A stretch of 64,000 nt of DNA from Desulfosudaceae bacterium (lineage in GTDB: Bacteria > Desulfobacterota > Desulfobacteria > Desulfobacterales > Desulfosudaceae), in the NCBI GenBank assembly GCA_963674745.2, contig CAXXDV010000003.1, forward strand, positions 64,001 to 128,000. Reading direction: 5' to 3'. Position 1 is the first letter of the stretch; every line of letters starts with the position of its first letter. The position numbers were made by a program, and so were the translations under genes. Below are positions 39,637 to 49,702 of this stretch, piece after piece. Below the pieces are notes generated by a model, which saw nothing but the letters and a program-made list of their open reading frames with translations, was not told the origin of the DNA and did not search any database.

Positions 39637-39652
39637 TGGCATTCTATTTGCT
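39637..39652 (+). promoter_or_regulatory. Sigma54 promoter of the mutase operon
   Basis: TGGCATTCTATTTGCT. Confidence 0.8.
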
Positions 39653-39735
39653 TTGTTAAGGCCATACAGAACCGTACAAAGTTAGTTTTGTGAATTTATG
39701 ACAGGTCATTGTTAACAAACAGGATCGGAGGAATA

Positions 39736-40152
39736 ATGAACCAGGAACATAAAATTCGTGTCCTTGTCGCTAAACCGGGGCTGGATGGCCATGAAAGAGG
39801 TGCCAGGGTTGTCGCTTATGGACTTCGGGATGCCGGGTTCGAGGTGATTTACACCGGGTTACGTCAGACGCCGGGGCAGATCGCCAAAGCGGCGGTTGAT
39901 GAAGATGTGGACGTTATTGGATTGTCCATATTATCCGGTGCCCACCTGTTGCTTACCAGGGAGGTCATCAATAACCTTCGTGAACTCGAGGCCGACGATA
40001 TCATTGTTCTGGTGGGCGGAGTCGTTCCGGAAAACGATTTTTCAGAATTGAAGGAAATGGGGGTTACCGAAATCTTTACTTCCGGTACGCCCATATCCGC
40101 TATTGCAGAAACGATTCAAAACACAACTGCGGCCAGGCGGAATGCCTCATAG
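39736..40152 (+). CDS. Acyl-CoA mutase small (cobalamin-binding) subunit
   Basis: [11 protein letters not shown] (DxHxxG), SILSGAH and VGG motifs; GGAGG RBS. Confidence 0.93.
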   Translation: MNQEHKIRVLVAKPGLDGHERGARVVAYGLRDAGFEVIYTGLRQTPGQIAKAAVDEDVDVIGLSILSGAHLLLTREVINNLRELEADDIIVLVGGVVPENDFSELKEMGVTEIFTSGTPISAIAETIQNTTAARRNAS

Positions 40153-40211
40153 AAAAGTAGTCCTGCCTTTAACTTTAACTGATTAAATACTCGGATATGT
40201 ACGAGGTGTTT

Positions 40212-41972
40212 ATGTTTCAAGATGATGAAAAAGAGATGGAAAAGATAAAGCATGCTGAAGAAAATTGGCGAAAAAACCTGCTTGAGAAACGGGTCGAGCG
40301 GTTTAATCTGGCCAAAAGTCCGACAACCTTTTACAGCCCGGCTGCTTTGACAAAACATGATTTTATGGAAAAGGTCGGTTTCCCCGGTGAGTATCCCTTT
40401 ACGGCCGGCAATAACCCTTTTGATTTCTGGCGGGCTTTTGCCGAAGACGCCGCTAAAATGGGATATCGCCCGGATTGGGGCGGAGCCGGAAAAGTCGGCA
40501 AGTACGGCGGATTCGGCACCCCGGCCGATTACCGCGACTACCTCTTTCGCATGCAGTCCATGGGAAGAAAAGGCGGTCCCAATATTGCTTTTGACCTGGC
40601 CACCCAGTGTGGCTATGATCCGGACAGCGCCCGGGCCATCGGCGAAATCGGACGCGTCGGCGTGTCGGTGGCTTCTTTCCGGGATTTTCAGATCATTTAT
40701 GAAGCCTATACCGGTGATCTTGATATTGACAAAGTGCCGTCCAATTTCACCATCAATGCGCCGGCAGCCGTTATTATCGCCATGTATGCCGTGCTGGCAA
40801 AAAAACGGGGTATCCCCCTGGAACACCTGGCCGGTACGCCTCAGAACGACATCCTCAAAGAGTTTATCGCCCGCGGCACCTATATTTTTCCGCCGCGGCA
40901 ATCCATGCGCCTGTTCCGGGACATCTGCGCTTTTTGCGTGGGACATATGCCCAGGCTCAACATCAATAGTATCGGGGGTTATCATATCCGTGAAGCCGGC
41001 GCCAGTCGGGTTCAGGACCTGGCCTTTTCCCTGGCCAACGGCAAAGCCTATATTCAGGCCGGCCTTGAAGCCGGGCTGGAAGTTGACGCGTTTGCCCCCC
41101 GGTTTACCTTTAATGCCTTTGGGGGCAGCATGGAAATGTACCAGGAGATCGCCTTTCAGAGGGCGGCCCGACGCATGTGGGCCAGAATGCTCAAAGAGGA
41201 ATTCGGGGCTAAGGATAAGCGCAGCATGATCATCCGCCAGCCCATTACCGCTCATATCGGTTGTTCTTCCACCACCCTCAACCGGCCGCTGAACAACCTG
41301 GCCCGGGCGGTTGTGGGCGGCCTGGCGGCCGGTATGTCCGGCGGCATGCCGGGTGTGTATCCGCCTTTTGATGAACCCCTGGGCCTGGGCCACAGCCAGG
41401 AGGCGGTTCAGTTGCAACTGGATGCCACGCGCATCATGATTTACGAAGCCAAAGTCGCCGATGTCAACGACCCCTGGGCCGGATCTTATTTTATGGAGTC
41501 CCTGACCGATGAAATCGAGACGGACGCACTGGCGGAGATGAAAAAAATCGACGACATGGGCGGCGCGGTGGCGGCCATCGAAAGCGGTTACATGCAACGG
41601 GCCGTGGCCAGAAGTGCTTATGAGCGGCAAAAACAGATCGAACGCCAGGAAACGTTCCTGGTCGGGGTCAACTGTTTTACCGGCGAGAACGAAATCACCG
41701 TCAACGTCAATCGCGAGGTCGAGGCCACCTATGACCCGGAACTGATGAAGACCGCCGAAGAGCGGCAGAAAGCGGCACTGGCACAGTTAAAACAGGAAAG
41801 AGATGATAAGGCCGTATCCGGTGCCCTGGCGACGTTAAAAGGCCATGCCGCCGATCCGGATAAAAACCTGATGCCGGGTATCTGTGACTGTGTTGAACAG
41901 GAGGCTACCCTGCAGGAGATATGCGATGTGCTCAGGGAGGTGTTTGGAGAGGCGGAGCCGGTCAAGCTCTAA
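40212..41972 (+). CDS. Methylmalonyl-CoA mutase-family large subunit, probably (1-methylalkyl)succinyl-CoA mutase
   Basis: GFPGEYPFT, TPQNDILKEFIARGTYIFPP, GYHIREAGA and DPWAGSYFMESLT motifs; lies in the ass cluster. Confidence 0.88.
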   Translation: MFQDDEKEMEKIKHAEENWRKNLLEKRVERFNLAKSPTTFYSPAALTKHDFMEKVGFPGEYPFTAGNNPFDFWRAFAEDAAKMGYRPDWGGAGKVGKYGGFGTPADYRDYLFRMQSMGRKGGPNIAFDLATQCGYDPDSARAIGEIGRVGVSVASFRDFQIIYEAYTGDLDIDKVPSNFTINAPAAVIIAMYAVLAKKRGIPLEHLAGTPQNDILKEFIARGTYIFPPRQSMRLFRDICAFCVGHMPRLNINSIGGYHIREAGASRVQDLAFSLANGKAYIQAGLEAGLEVDAFAPRFTFNAFGGSMEMYQEIAFQRAARRMWARMLKEEFGAKDKRSMIIRQPITAHIGCSSTTLNRPLNNLARAVVGGLAAGMSGGMPGVYPPFDEPLGLGHSQEAVQLQLDATRIMIYEAKVADVNDPWAGSYFMESLTDEIETDALAEMKKIDDMGGAVAAIESGYMQRAVARSAYERQKQIERQETFLVGVNCFTGENEITVNVNREVEATYDPELMKTAEERQKAALAQLKQERDDKAVSGALATLKGHAADPDKNLMPGICDCVEQEATLQEICDVLREVFGEAEPVKL

Positions 41973-42095
41973 AAATTGCCTTTTGGCCCGATGTCGGCGT
42001 TGTGCTCAAATTTTAATCCTCGAAATACGCCAAGTATTCCTCCGGTTAAAATTTTCGCACGCCTTGACCTCGAACCAAAATTCAAATTTTTAGAG
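41967..42095. repeat. MITE-like element with 11-bp terminal inverted repeats
   Basis: CTCTAAAAATT (41967-41977) and AATTTTTAGAG (42085-42095); the left end overlaps the mutase TAA stop. Confidence 0.65.
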
Positions 42096-42136
42096 ATACC
42101 CTTAAGTACTAATGCTCTCGTTAAAAAAGAAGAATA

Positions 42137-42271
42137 GATGGCAAAGTACAAAGTTCTAGTCCGGCTTAAAATTGGGGGCGTGCAAATCCTGAGGAATGCA
42201 GAGTACTTAAAGTACGTGAAATCCCGAAGGGCGCGGCGCAACACAGATCTTGAACTTTTTACTTTGCCATC
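42137..42271. repeat. MITE-like element, second family (related copy at 58608-58731)
   Basis: TIRs GATGGCAAAGTAcAAAGTTC / GAACTTTtTACTTTGCCATC; core GCAAATCCTGAGGAATGCAG.GTAC...AGTACGTGAAAT.CCGAAGG. Confidence 0.75.
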
Positions 42272-42339
42272 CCAGTTTCGACTTTTTACGAATGCATCAA
42301 AATTGCTTCGATGCAAAATGGATAACGAAGGGTCGTTTT

Positions 42340-43284
42340 ATGAATGATAACTGGGAAGCGCTGATTGAGGGATTGAAAAACGGCCGCCCGCGGGCGCTGT
42401 CACGCCTGATTACCCGGGTGGAAAACCGTGAGCCCGGCTGGGAAGAGGCCATGAGAACCATTTATCCCGCCACCGGCCGGGCCAGGATTTTCGGTATCAC
42501 CGGGTCTCCCGGGGCCGGGAAAAGTACCCTCACCAAGGAACTCTCACTGGTGCTTTTGGAAAAAGGCCTGTCTATCGGTATTATCGCGGTTGATCCGTCC
42601 AGCCCCTTTTCAGGAGGCGCTTTACTGGGTGACCGCTTGCGCATGCAGGCACTTTACGAAGTGCCTCAAGTGTTTATCCGCTCCATGGCGACGCGCGGCC
42701 GCATGGGCGGGCTGTGTCATGCCGCCCGGGATGTGACCCGCATCCTGGATGCCTTCGGCAAGGACATCATTCTGATTGAGACCGTGGGCGTGGGCCAGGA
42801 CGAGATCGAGATTGTCCGTGTTTCAGATTCGGTGATGGTGGTCTGCGTGCCCGGTCAGGGCGATGGCATTCAGGCCATCAAGGCCGGCATCATGGAAATC
42901 GCCGATTTTTTTGTGGTCAACAAGGCCGATCGTGACGGTGCCGATGAACTGGCCGCCGACATCAACGCCATGCTGGAATTATCAACCCAGGCCGACGGCG
43001 CTAAACCACCGGTGTTGAAAACATCGGCCCTTAAAAAACAGGGCATAGAAGCATTGGCTGACTTTATCCTGCGGCCGCGAGCTGAGAACCGGCATTTTGA
43101 GAGGAAAAATATCCGGGAAGAGATTATGGGGCTGCTGGAAGGTGATGTCTCACGGCGGTTGCGTAACAGTCTTGAAAACAACCAGCGGATGAACGACCTG
43201 GTAGAGAAAATCGCCCGCCGTGAAACCGATCCTTATTCCGTGATGGAAGAACTTTTAAACGATTTAATCGATAAGATACGTTAA
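42340..43284 (+). CDS. meaB: MeaB/ArgK GTPase chaperone of the B12 mutase
   Basis: GSPGAGKST, DPSSPFSGGALLGDRLRM, IETVGVGQDE and VNKAD motifs. Confidence 0.95.
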   Translation: MNDNWEALIEGLKNGRPRALSRLITRVENREPGWEEAMRTIYPATGRARIFGITGSPGAGKSTLTKELSLVLLEKGLSIGIIAVDPSSPFSGGALLGDRLRMQALYEVPQVFIRSMATRGRMGGLCHAARDVTRILDAFGKDIILIETVGVGQDEIEIVRVSDSVMVVCVPGQGDGIQAIKAGIMEIADFFVVNKADRDGADELAADINAMLELSTQADGAKPPVLKTSALKKQGIEALADFILRPRAENRHFERKNIREEIMGLLEGDVSRRLRNSLENNQRMNDLVEKIARRETDPYSVMEELLNDLIDKIR

Positions 43285-43301
43285 TACCAAGGAGGTTTGA
43301 C

Positions 43302-43610
43302 ATGATGACGCTGATTGCCGCCTTTATTTCCGGCATGCTGCTGTTTAACGCCGTGCCCCACCTGGTTCAGGGGATCTGCGGTAAATCCCATATGACGCCT
43401 TTTGCCCGCCGTTCCCCCGCCTGGGTTAACATTGTCTGGGCCTGGATCAACATCATTGGCGGATTCGTGGTATATGGTTTTTTTGATTGCTGTCAACAGG
43501 GACCGTCAGCCTGGTACGCCTTCGGTTTGGGCGGATTCGTTATTTCCCTGTACCTGGCCATATTCTGGAGTAATCCGGATGCCAGACTGCCCTGGCACTC
43601 CAAGGACTGA
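43302..43610 (+). CDS. Small integral membrane protein of unknown function
   Basis: AAGGAGG RBS; three TM helices; NAVPHLVQG...TPFA motif. Confidence 0.7.
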   Translation: MMTLIAAFISGMLLFNAVPHLVQGICGKSHMTPFARRSPAWVNIVWAWINIIGGFVVYGFFDCCQQGPSAWYAFGLGGFVISLYLAIFWSNPDARLPWHSKD

Positions 43611-43749
43611 GGGCAGCTTTAAATTATTGGTTATTCTCCAATTTTGTGGGTGAGCTGGGTCCAAGGATTCAAGGGGTCGAGGGCTCAAGGGGGATGAAGT
43701 CCCTATCCTGCAACTAATCGGGAGACGGACCTGATTACTTAAAAACGTT

Positions 43750-45083
43750 GGTTCTTCTCCCAATTAGTGGGAGGAGTTAAGCTGCTAATAAAAAATGGAC
43801 ATCATCAGTTCTTTCTTCTATCCAGAAAGTTGAGAGACAATTCTGGAAGAAAGGAGACCGATGATGTCCGCTATGAGTATAAAGCCCTATCTCCCTTTTT
43901 GTCGAGTCCGTTTTACAAAACAAACGGTTTCTGACGCCGGAGATATGGCGATGATAATTGCCGAGCCAGACGAGCGCTATCGCCCTATTTGTTATAGTTG
44001 CGGCAGCCCGGCTCAAGGCGTTCATGACCAGGCCAGACGTCCGTTGCGGGATTTGAACCTTGGGGCCGCAAATGTATGGATCAACTGCAGATATCGTAAA
44101 ATTTATTGCCCCCGTTGCCAGGGTATTCGGGTTGAAGACCTGGACTTTTTCAATCCGTACCAGCGGGTTACCAAAAGACTGGCCCTTTATATCCATGAGT
44201 TGTGTAAGATTTTGACGGTCTCTGAAGTGGCCGCGCATTTGGAGCTCAACTGGAAGACGGTCAAAAATATTGATAAAAACTTTTTGGAAGAATCGTTTGG
44301 AAGGACGGACTACAGCGACTTGAGCATACTGGCGGTTGATGAAATCGCCATCCATAAAGGCCATACGTATATGACTGTTGTTTTGGACTATCAAACCGGT
44401 CGGGTGGTATGGCTTGGCAGGGGCCGATCCGTGGAGACGCTTCAAGTCTTTTTCGCCGGCATGAGCCAGGAACAGAAACAGGCGCTGGAAGCCATCGCCA
44501 TGGATATGTGGGATCCTTACATTAAAACGGTTCGAGAGAATGTGCCTCATGTAAAGATCGTGTTTGATCTTTTTCATGTGGTTCACGCATTTAATAAGGT
44601 GATCGACAAAGTTCGAATAGAAGAGTTTAGAAAAGCGACGAAGCCGGACCAGGCGATATACAAAGGAACCAAGTATTTGCTGCTGTCCAATCCCCAGAAT
44701 ATTCATAGCAGTGAGGCCCGGCAGCATTTGCGGCAGCTTCTTGAAATTAATGAAACCATATCTACGGTCATGATTTTGAAAGATTGTCTGAAGCGAATAT
44801 GGGACTATCAAAAAAGGGGCTGGGCCAAAAAGAGATTGGATGAATGGTGTGCCCTGGCCAGAACGGTGAGCCACAGGCCCGTACAGAAATTTGCCGACAT
44901 GCTTGAAAGGCACGCTTACGGCATCCTGAACCATTGCGATTATCCGATTCATACCAGTAAAATAGAAGGTGTTAATAATAAAATTAAGGTCATAAAACGA
45001 AAATCCTATGGATTTCATGACGATAGATACTTTACATTAAAGGTCATACAGGCCTTTTCCTCCCACTAATTGGGAGAAGAACC
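43750..45083 (+). mobile_element. Intact ISL3-family insertion sequence, 1334 bp
   Basis: Perfect 26-bp TIR GGTTCTTCTCCCAATTAGTGGGAGGA; 8-bp target duplication AAAACGTT at 43742-43749 and 45084-45091. Confidence 0.96.
43861..45069 (+). CDS. ISL3-family transposase
   Basis: Zn finger CxxC...CxxC; AVDE, AMDMW, DLFHVV and EGVNNKIKVIKRKSYGF motifs. Confidence 0.96.
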   Translation: MMSAMSIKPYLPFCRVRFTKQTVSDAGDMAMIIAEPDERYRPICYSCGSPAQGVHDQARRPLRDLNLGAANVWINCRYRKIYCPRCQGIRVEDLDFFNPYQRVTKRLALYIHELCKILTVSEVAAHLELNWKTVKNIDKNFLEESFGRTDYSDLSILAVDEIAIHKGHTYMTVVLDYQTGRVVWLGRGRSVETLQVFFAGMSQEQKQALEAIAMDMWDPYIKTVRENVPHVKIVFDLFHVVHAFNKVIDKVRIEEFRKATKPDQAIYKGTKYLLLSNPQNIHSSEARQHLRQLLEINETISTVMILKDCLKRIWDYQKRGWAKKRLDEWCALARTVSHRPVQKFADMLERHAYGILNHCDYPIHTSKIEGVNNKIKVIKRKSYGFHDDRYFTLKVIQAFSSH

Positions 45084-45119
45084 AAAACGTTAAAAGCCAT
45101 CAAAATAGAGGAGTTCATC

Positions 45120-46466
45120 ATGACAGAAAACGCATCGATCCCGGTAACCGAGAAAATAGCCGCTTTTGTGGCGGATACCCGGGCCGAAGATATTCCGGAA
45201 GAGATGTTCGCGCATGCCCGGGTTGCTTTTATGGACTGGGTGGCCGTCACCCTGGGCGGCAAAGACGACCCCCTGGTCGACAAGTTGATATCGTATACGA
45301 ACAAACTGGGCGGATTGCCCCAGGCCACGATTATCGGCCGGGGCGGAATGAAAAAAAGCGTAGCCGATGCGGCCCTTATCAACGGCGCTGCCTCGCACGC
45401 CCTGGATTACGATGATACCCTGGTTTCGTTTCTGGGACATCCATCGGTGACCCTGTTCCCGGCCCTGGTGGCCCTGTCCGAATGGCGGGAGGAAAGCGGC
45501 CGGGATTTTCTGACTGCTTATCTGATCGGCCTTCAGGCCGGCGCCGTGGTTGGTGCCTGTGCCAGCCTGGACCACTACATGGCCGGCTGGCACGCTACGG
45601 CCACATTGGGGCATATCGCCTCGGCCGCGGCCTGCGCCCGGCTGCTTGGCCTGGGAAAAACACAGGCGCAATACGCGCTGGGCATCGGTGCCACCCAGTC
45701 TTCCGGATTGAAACGCGTTTTCGGCACCATGTGCAAGCCGTTTCATGCCGGCCGGGCTTCTCAATCAGGACTGATGGCGGCATTACTGGCGGCTGATGAT
45801 TTTACCAGTGCCGAAGATATTCTGGAAGGTCCCCAGGGGTTTTTTCAGGCCCTGAAAGGCACCATCAATAAAGATGCCGTTGAACTGTTGGGCCTTGGTT
45901 GGGACGTGGTCAACCTGTCCCAGAAATATCATGCCTCCTGTCATGCCACCCATTCTCCTCTGGAAGCCGCCCTGGCAGTGGTGAATGAAGAAAGGCTGTC
46001 TCCGGACCGGATTGCCGCCATTACCGTTCATTCTTCCCAGCTGGCCCTGGACGCGGCCGGCAAGCTGAAACCGCAGACCGGGCTGGAAGGTAAATTCAGC
46101 ATTCCTTTCTGCGTGGCCAACGCCATTATTACCGGTGTGACCGGGACGCAGGCCTTTACCGACCAGCAGGTCAAAGATTTTCGCATACAGGACCTGATGG
46201 GGAAAATAACGGTCAAGCTGGATGCCGGTAAAACCGCTCTGGAATCAACGATTGTCGTGGAAGATACCGAAGGAAACCGGTTTGAGCGATCTTCCGATAT
46301 CCTGCAGGAGATTCCGCCGCTGGAGCTGAAAGAAACACGGGTACGGCAGAAATTTATCGATCTTTGCCAACCGGTCATCGGCGAAGACAAAACAAAAGAG
46401 GCCATGAAGGATATCGATAATCTGGAAACGTTGTCGTCCATGAAAATATTCGCGGAGAAATTCTGA
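45120..46466 (+). CDS. MmgE/PrpD-family protein (candidate alkylsuccinate epimerase)
   Basis: HALDYDD...GHP, GWHATAT, KPFHAG, KYHASCHATH and GKFSIP motifs; directly upstream of the activating enzyme. Confidence 0.88.
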   Translation: MTENASIPVTEKIAAFVADTRAEDIPEEMFAHARVAFMDWVAVTLGGKDDPLVDKLISYTNKLGGLPQATIIGRGGMKKSVADAALINGAASHALDYDDTLVSFLGHPSVTLFPALVALSEWREESGRDFLTAYLIGLQAGAVVGACASLDHYMAGWHATATLGHIASAAACARLLGLGKTQAQYALGIGATQSSGLKRVFGTMCKPFHAGRASQSGLMAALLAADDFTSAEDILEGPQGFFQALKGTINKDAVELLGLGWDVVNLSQKYHASCHATHSPLEAALAVVNEERLSPDRIAAITVHSSQLALDAAGKLKPQTGLEGKFSIPFCVANAIITGVTGTQAFTDQQVKDFRIQDLMGKITVKLDAGKTALESTIVVEDTEGNRFERSSDILQEIPPLELKETRVRQKFIDLCQPVIGEDKTKEAMKDIDNLETLSSMKIFAEKF

Positions 46467-46515
46467 TGGTTTCGTAAAAAGTCCAATAAAGCCCGCTTTA
46501 GGCGAAGGAGTTGTC

Positions 46516-47496
46516 ATGAATGAAAAAACCTGCCTGGTGACGGATATACAGCGATACTCGGTCAATGACGGGCCGGGCTTTCGCACCAATGTTTATTTAA
46601 AAGGATGTCCCCTGAAATGCACCTGGTGCCACAACCCGGAAACCATTTCCCCGGAACCGGACATATACTGGAAGCGCCGTTTGTGTGTGCAGTGCGGCGC
46701 CTGCCTGGATGTCTGCGACCGGGATGCCATATCCCCTCCCATTCCACCGGAAGAAGCGCAGCAGGAAGGCGCGACCTATCAGAAGATTATCCGTGAACGT
46801 TGCAATCGTTGTCTCAAGTGTATTGATGCCTGTGCCTATGACGCCCTGGAGATTTCCGGCCTCCCCATGACGGTGGAATCCGTTATGGCGGAAGTGGAGG
46901 CGGACCGTATTTTTTATGATACGTCCGGCGGCGGTATGACCTTAAGCGGTGGTGAGCCCACTTCGCAACGGGAGTTCTCTCTGGCGCTGCTGGCCGAAGC
47001 CAAAAACAGGCGCATTCATACCTGTCTGGATACCAACGGATTTTGCAATTGGGATTCCCTGGCTTCATTGTTACCAATGACCGATATCGTTCTGTTTGAC
47101 CTCAAGCACATGGATCCGGAACGGCACAAAGCCGGGACCGGTGTCGACAATAAACGCATTCTTGAAAACCTGGCCAGGCTGGCCGCTTCCGGTAAGGAAT
47201 ACTGGATCCGGATCCCGGTGGTCCCCGCTTTTAATGATGGTCCGGAATTTCATAAAACAGCCGCCCGTTTTCTGGCTGATCTGCCATCCCATCCGGCCCG
47301 GATCGACCTTCTGCCGTTTCATAACTGGTGTGAAAACAAGTATGACTGGCTCGGCCGGGACTGGGCACTGAAATTCACCGAGGCCATGCAGCCGTTTTTT
47401 CTGGAGTTGCCGGCGGAAATCTACCGGGATCAGGGCTTGACCGTGACCATCGGCGGCTCCGGGTTTGAGGAAACCGGGAAAGTCCAGAGCGCTTGA
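46516..47496 (+). CDS. assD: Glycyl-radical enzyme activating enzyme (radical SAM with 2x[4Fe-4S] insert)
   Basis: DGPGFRT, GCPLKCTWCHNPE, two CxxCxxCxxxC motifs and GGMTLSGGEP. Confidence 0.9.
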   Translation: MNEKTCLVTDIQRYSVNDGPGFRTNVYLKGCPLKCTWCHNPETISPEPDIYWKRRLCVQCGACLDVCDRDAISPPIPPEEAQQEGATYQKIIRERCNRCLKCIDACAYDALEISGLPMTVESVMAEVEADRIFYDTSGGGMTLSGGEPTSQREFSLALLAEAKNRRIHTCLDTNGFCNWDSLASLLPMTDIVLFDLKHMDPERHKAGTGVDNKRILENLARLAASGKEYWIRIPVVPAFNDGPEFHKTAARFLADLPSHPARIDLLPFHNWCENKYDWLGRDWALKFTEAMQPFFLELPAEIYRDQGLTVTIGGSGFEETGKVQSA

Positions 47497-47502
47497 TGTT
47501 TG

Positions 47503-47531
47503 TTGACGGCCGGGCAGAAAACTGTTATTAT
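47503..47531 (+). promoter_or_regulatory. Putative sigma70 promoter for the periplasmic protein/porin pair
   Basis: TTGACG-17 nt-TATTAT with an extended -10 TG. Confidence 0.55.
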
Positions 47532-47743
47532 TGTATTATTAAAGTGGTTAAAAAGATACATGGGGGGGCTGCAACTTGCTTTGGTGAATCAACCTGATCG
47601 AATATCTTCAACCGACCTTTTCCTTATTCAGACATCGCAGCCATAGATCTCAAATTGAAGCGGGTGACCACAGATAAAGCTTGTGCTTCCAATTTTGTGG
47701 TTTGAGATAACATACCTAACTGTCATCATGAAAGGGGAATGAA

Positions 47744-48205
47744 ATGTTTTACAAAAAAAAGACCGGGGTATGGCTGGTCTGGGCAGTCGGTGCAGCCTTG
47801 GTGTTCCTTACCGGTGTTTTGCAACCGGACATCGCCCAGGCCGAGGTGGCTGTCATTGCCAATCCCTCTGTGCCCATCAGCAAGATTTCCAGTGATGATT
47901 TGAAAAAAATCTTTACCGGAAAGATGGTGGTCTGGGAGGGTGGCCAGTCAATCAAACCGGCCACATTGAATGACGGATCAGTACATGAAGAGTTTGTTAA
48001 AAACTATACCGGTAAAACCACCGACCAGTTTAAAACCTATTGGCGAAGGATGATTTTTACCGGGCAGGGGATTCAACCCAGAAGTTTTTCCAGTTCCAGG
48101 GACCTGATTGAGTATGTTTCTGAAACACCGGGCGCCATTGGATATGTTTCGCCTTCGGACATTTCGGCGGATTTAAAAAAGCTTAATGTTTCAGGAAAAG
48201 AATAA
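47744..48205 (+). CDS. Short periplasmic PBP2/PstS-like protein
   Basis: Signal peptide (AQA|EV); VIANPS, LKKIFTGK, YWRRMIFTGQG and TPGAIGYV motifs. Confidence 0.75.
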   Translation: MFYKKKTGVWLVWAVGAALVFLTGVLQPDIAQAEVAVIANPSVPISKISSDDLKKIFTGKMVVWEGGQSIKPATLNDGSVHEEFVKNYTGKTTDQFKTYWRRMIFTGQGIQPRSFSSSRDLIEYVSETPGAIGYVSPSDISADLKKLNVSGKE

Positions 48206-48215
48206 GGAGATAACC

Positions 48216-49610
48216 ATGAAGAAATTTATATTGCTAAGCATCATCAGTCTGGGGCTGGCAGCCAATGCCGGTGCGGTGGAACTGTCCGGAGGAGAACTTC
48301 ACGGTTTCATATCCCAGGGCTATTTGAATTCCAGCCACAATAATTTTCTTTCCCATGACAGCAAAGAGGGTAGTTTTGAATACATGGAGATGGGTATAAA
48401 TTTTAACAGATGGCTTACCCCCAACCTTACCGCCGGGTTTCAATTGTTTGCCAAGGACCTGGGCAAGGCCGAAAACCAGGAGGTCAAACTGGACTGGGCC
48501 ATCCTGAACTATCGCTGGGAACCCTGGCTCAACGCCAAAGCGGGCCGGCTGAAATTAAAGACCGGTTTGTACAATGACACCCGGGATATCGATATGGTCC
48601 GGCCCTGGGCGCTTCTGCCCCAGAGCTGTTACCTGGAGTATTTCCGGGACGCGTCCCTGTCGCTTGACGGCGGCGCGTTTTACGGAAATCTGCCCGCCGG
48701 CAAAATAGGCGACCTGTCCTATGAAGTTTATTTGGGAACCAAGGACATCAACACAGATCGCGACGGCACCATGACCCGGTTTATTGAAGACAATACCACC
48801 TTTGTTAACGAAGACATCAATAAATATGATTTTGACAGTGTCTGGGGGCTGAACCTTGAATGGCAAACCCCGGTAGAAGGACTGATCATCGGCGCATCGC
48901 ACACCAAGACGGACTTAAGGGTTTCCGCAACTTTCCAGGAAGATACCTTCGGCGGACCGCCCATGGTCAATGTCAACCAGGGCTTTGACCCCGCCACGGG
49001 CACCACCACCATCACCACCACGGTTACCACCATGGCCGTCAATGCCGGTGATTTACTTAAAACCCGGTACACGGAATTTGATGAACAGTATTATTACATC
49101 AGATATATCCGTGGGAACCTGGAGCTCTCAGGTGAATGCTGGCACCAGCGTAATGAACAAGATATCACGACCTGGTCCACCGGTGATATCGTCGCCACCA
49201 CGGAAACAACCGTCATCCCTGCGGCCGGCCCGCCAACCACCTCCACGGCGGTCAATGTGCTGGCCAACAGTTGGGCCAACATCATGGTTCAAAAAAGAGA
49301 AGCCCTGGGCTATTATGTGGCCGCAGCTTACCGGTTCAGTCACTGGTTTCAACTGGCCGGTTATTATTCGGTAGCCTTTCCGGATAAGGATGATAAGAGC
49401 GGTATTGATCAGGAAAAGGCCGGAAATAATGATTATGAAGCCTGGCTGAAAGATTATTGTATCACCCTGCGGTTTGATGTGGGCACCAACTGGACCTTCA
49501 AGCTGGAAAACCACTTTATGGACGGCGTCGCCTACCTCAACCGTGCTATCAACGGCGACCTCGAACAGCACTGGAACCTGTTTGTTGCCAAGGCCACATA
49601 TATGTTTTAG
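48216..49610 (+). CDS. Outer-membrane beta-barrel (porin-like) protein with Thr-rich insertions
   Basis: Signal peptide; LHGFISQGY, LDWA, KAGR motifs; C-terminal KATYMF aromatic signal; AAGGAG RBS. Confidence 0.78.
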   Translation: MKKFILLSIISLGLAANAGAVELSGGELHGFISQGYLNSSHNNFLSHDSKEGSFEYMEMGINFNRWLTPNLTAGFQLFAKDLGKAENQEVKLDWAILNYRWEPWLNAKAGRLKLKTGLYNDTRDIDMVRPWALLPQSCYLEYFRDASLSLDGGAFYGNLPAGKIGDLSYEVYLGTKDINTDRDGTMTRFIEDNTTFVNEDINKYDFDSVWGLNLEWQTPVEGLIIGASHTKTDLRVSATFQEDTFGGPPMVNVNQGFDPATGTTTITTTVTTMAVNAGDLLKTRYTEFDEQYYYIRYIRGNLELSGECWHQRNEQDITTWSTGDIVATTETTVIPAAGPPTTSTAVNVLANSWANIMVQKREALGYYVAAAYRFSHWFQLAGYYSVAFPDKDDKSGIDQEKAGNNDYEAWLKDYCITLRFDVGTNWTFKLENHFMDGVAYLNRAINGDLEQHWNLFVAKATYMF

Positions 49611-49650
49611 GTGGTTATGTGGTTAAGTGATTAAGTGTTTAGGTGATTAT
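49611..49650. repeat. Tandem 8-bp repeat GTGnTTAn, 5 copies
   Basis: gtggttat gtggttaa gtgattaa gtgtttag gtgattat. Confidence 0.75.
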
Positions 49651-49702
49651 GTAGCGGAGGGCTTTCCAGCATGTCCCACAACTCATCATTCCGGCTCGCC
49701 CT

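Noticed and set aside
40116..41630. 504-aa minus-strand ORF
   Set aside because: Antisense shadow of the mutase large subunit.
43777..45018. 413-aa minus-strand ORF inside the IS
   Set aside because: Antisense to the ISL3 transposase; no evidence it is coding.
49611..49650. Possible CRISPR array
   Set aside because: The 8-bp units are contiguous with no spacers, and no cas genes are present in the window.
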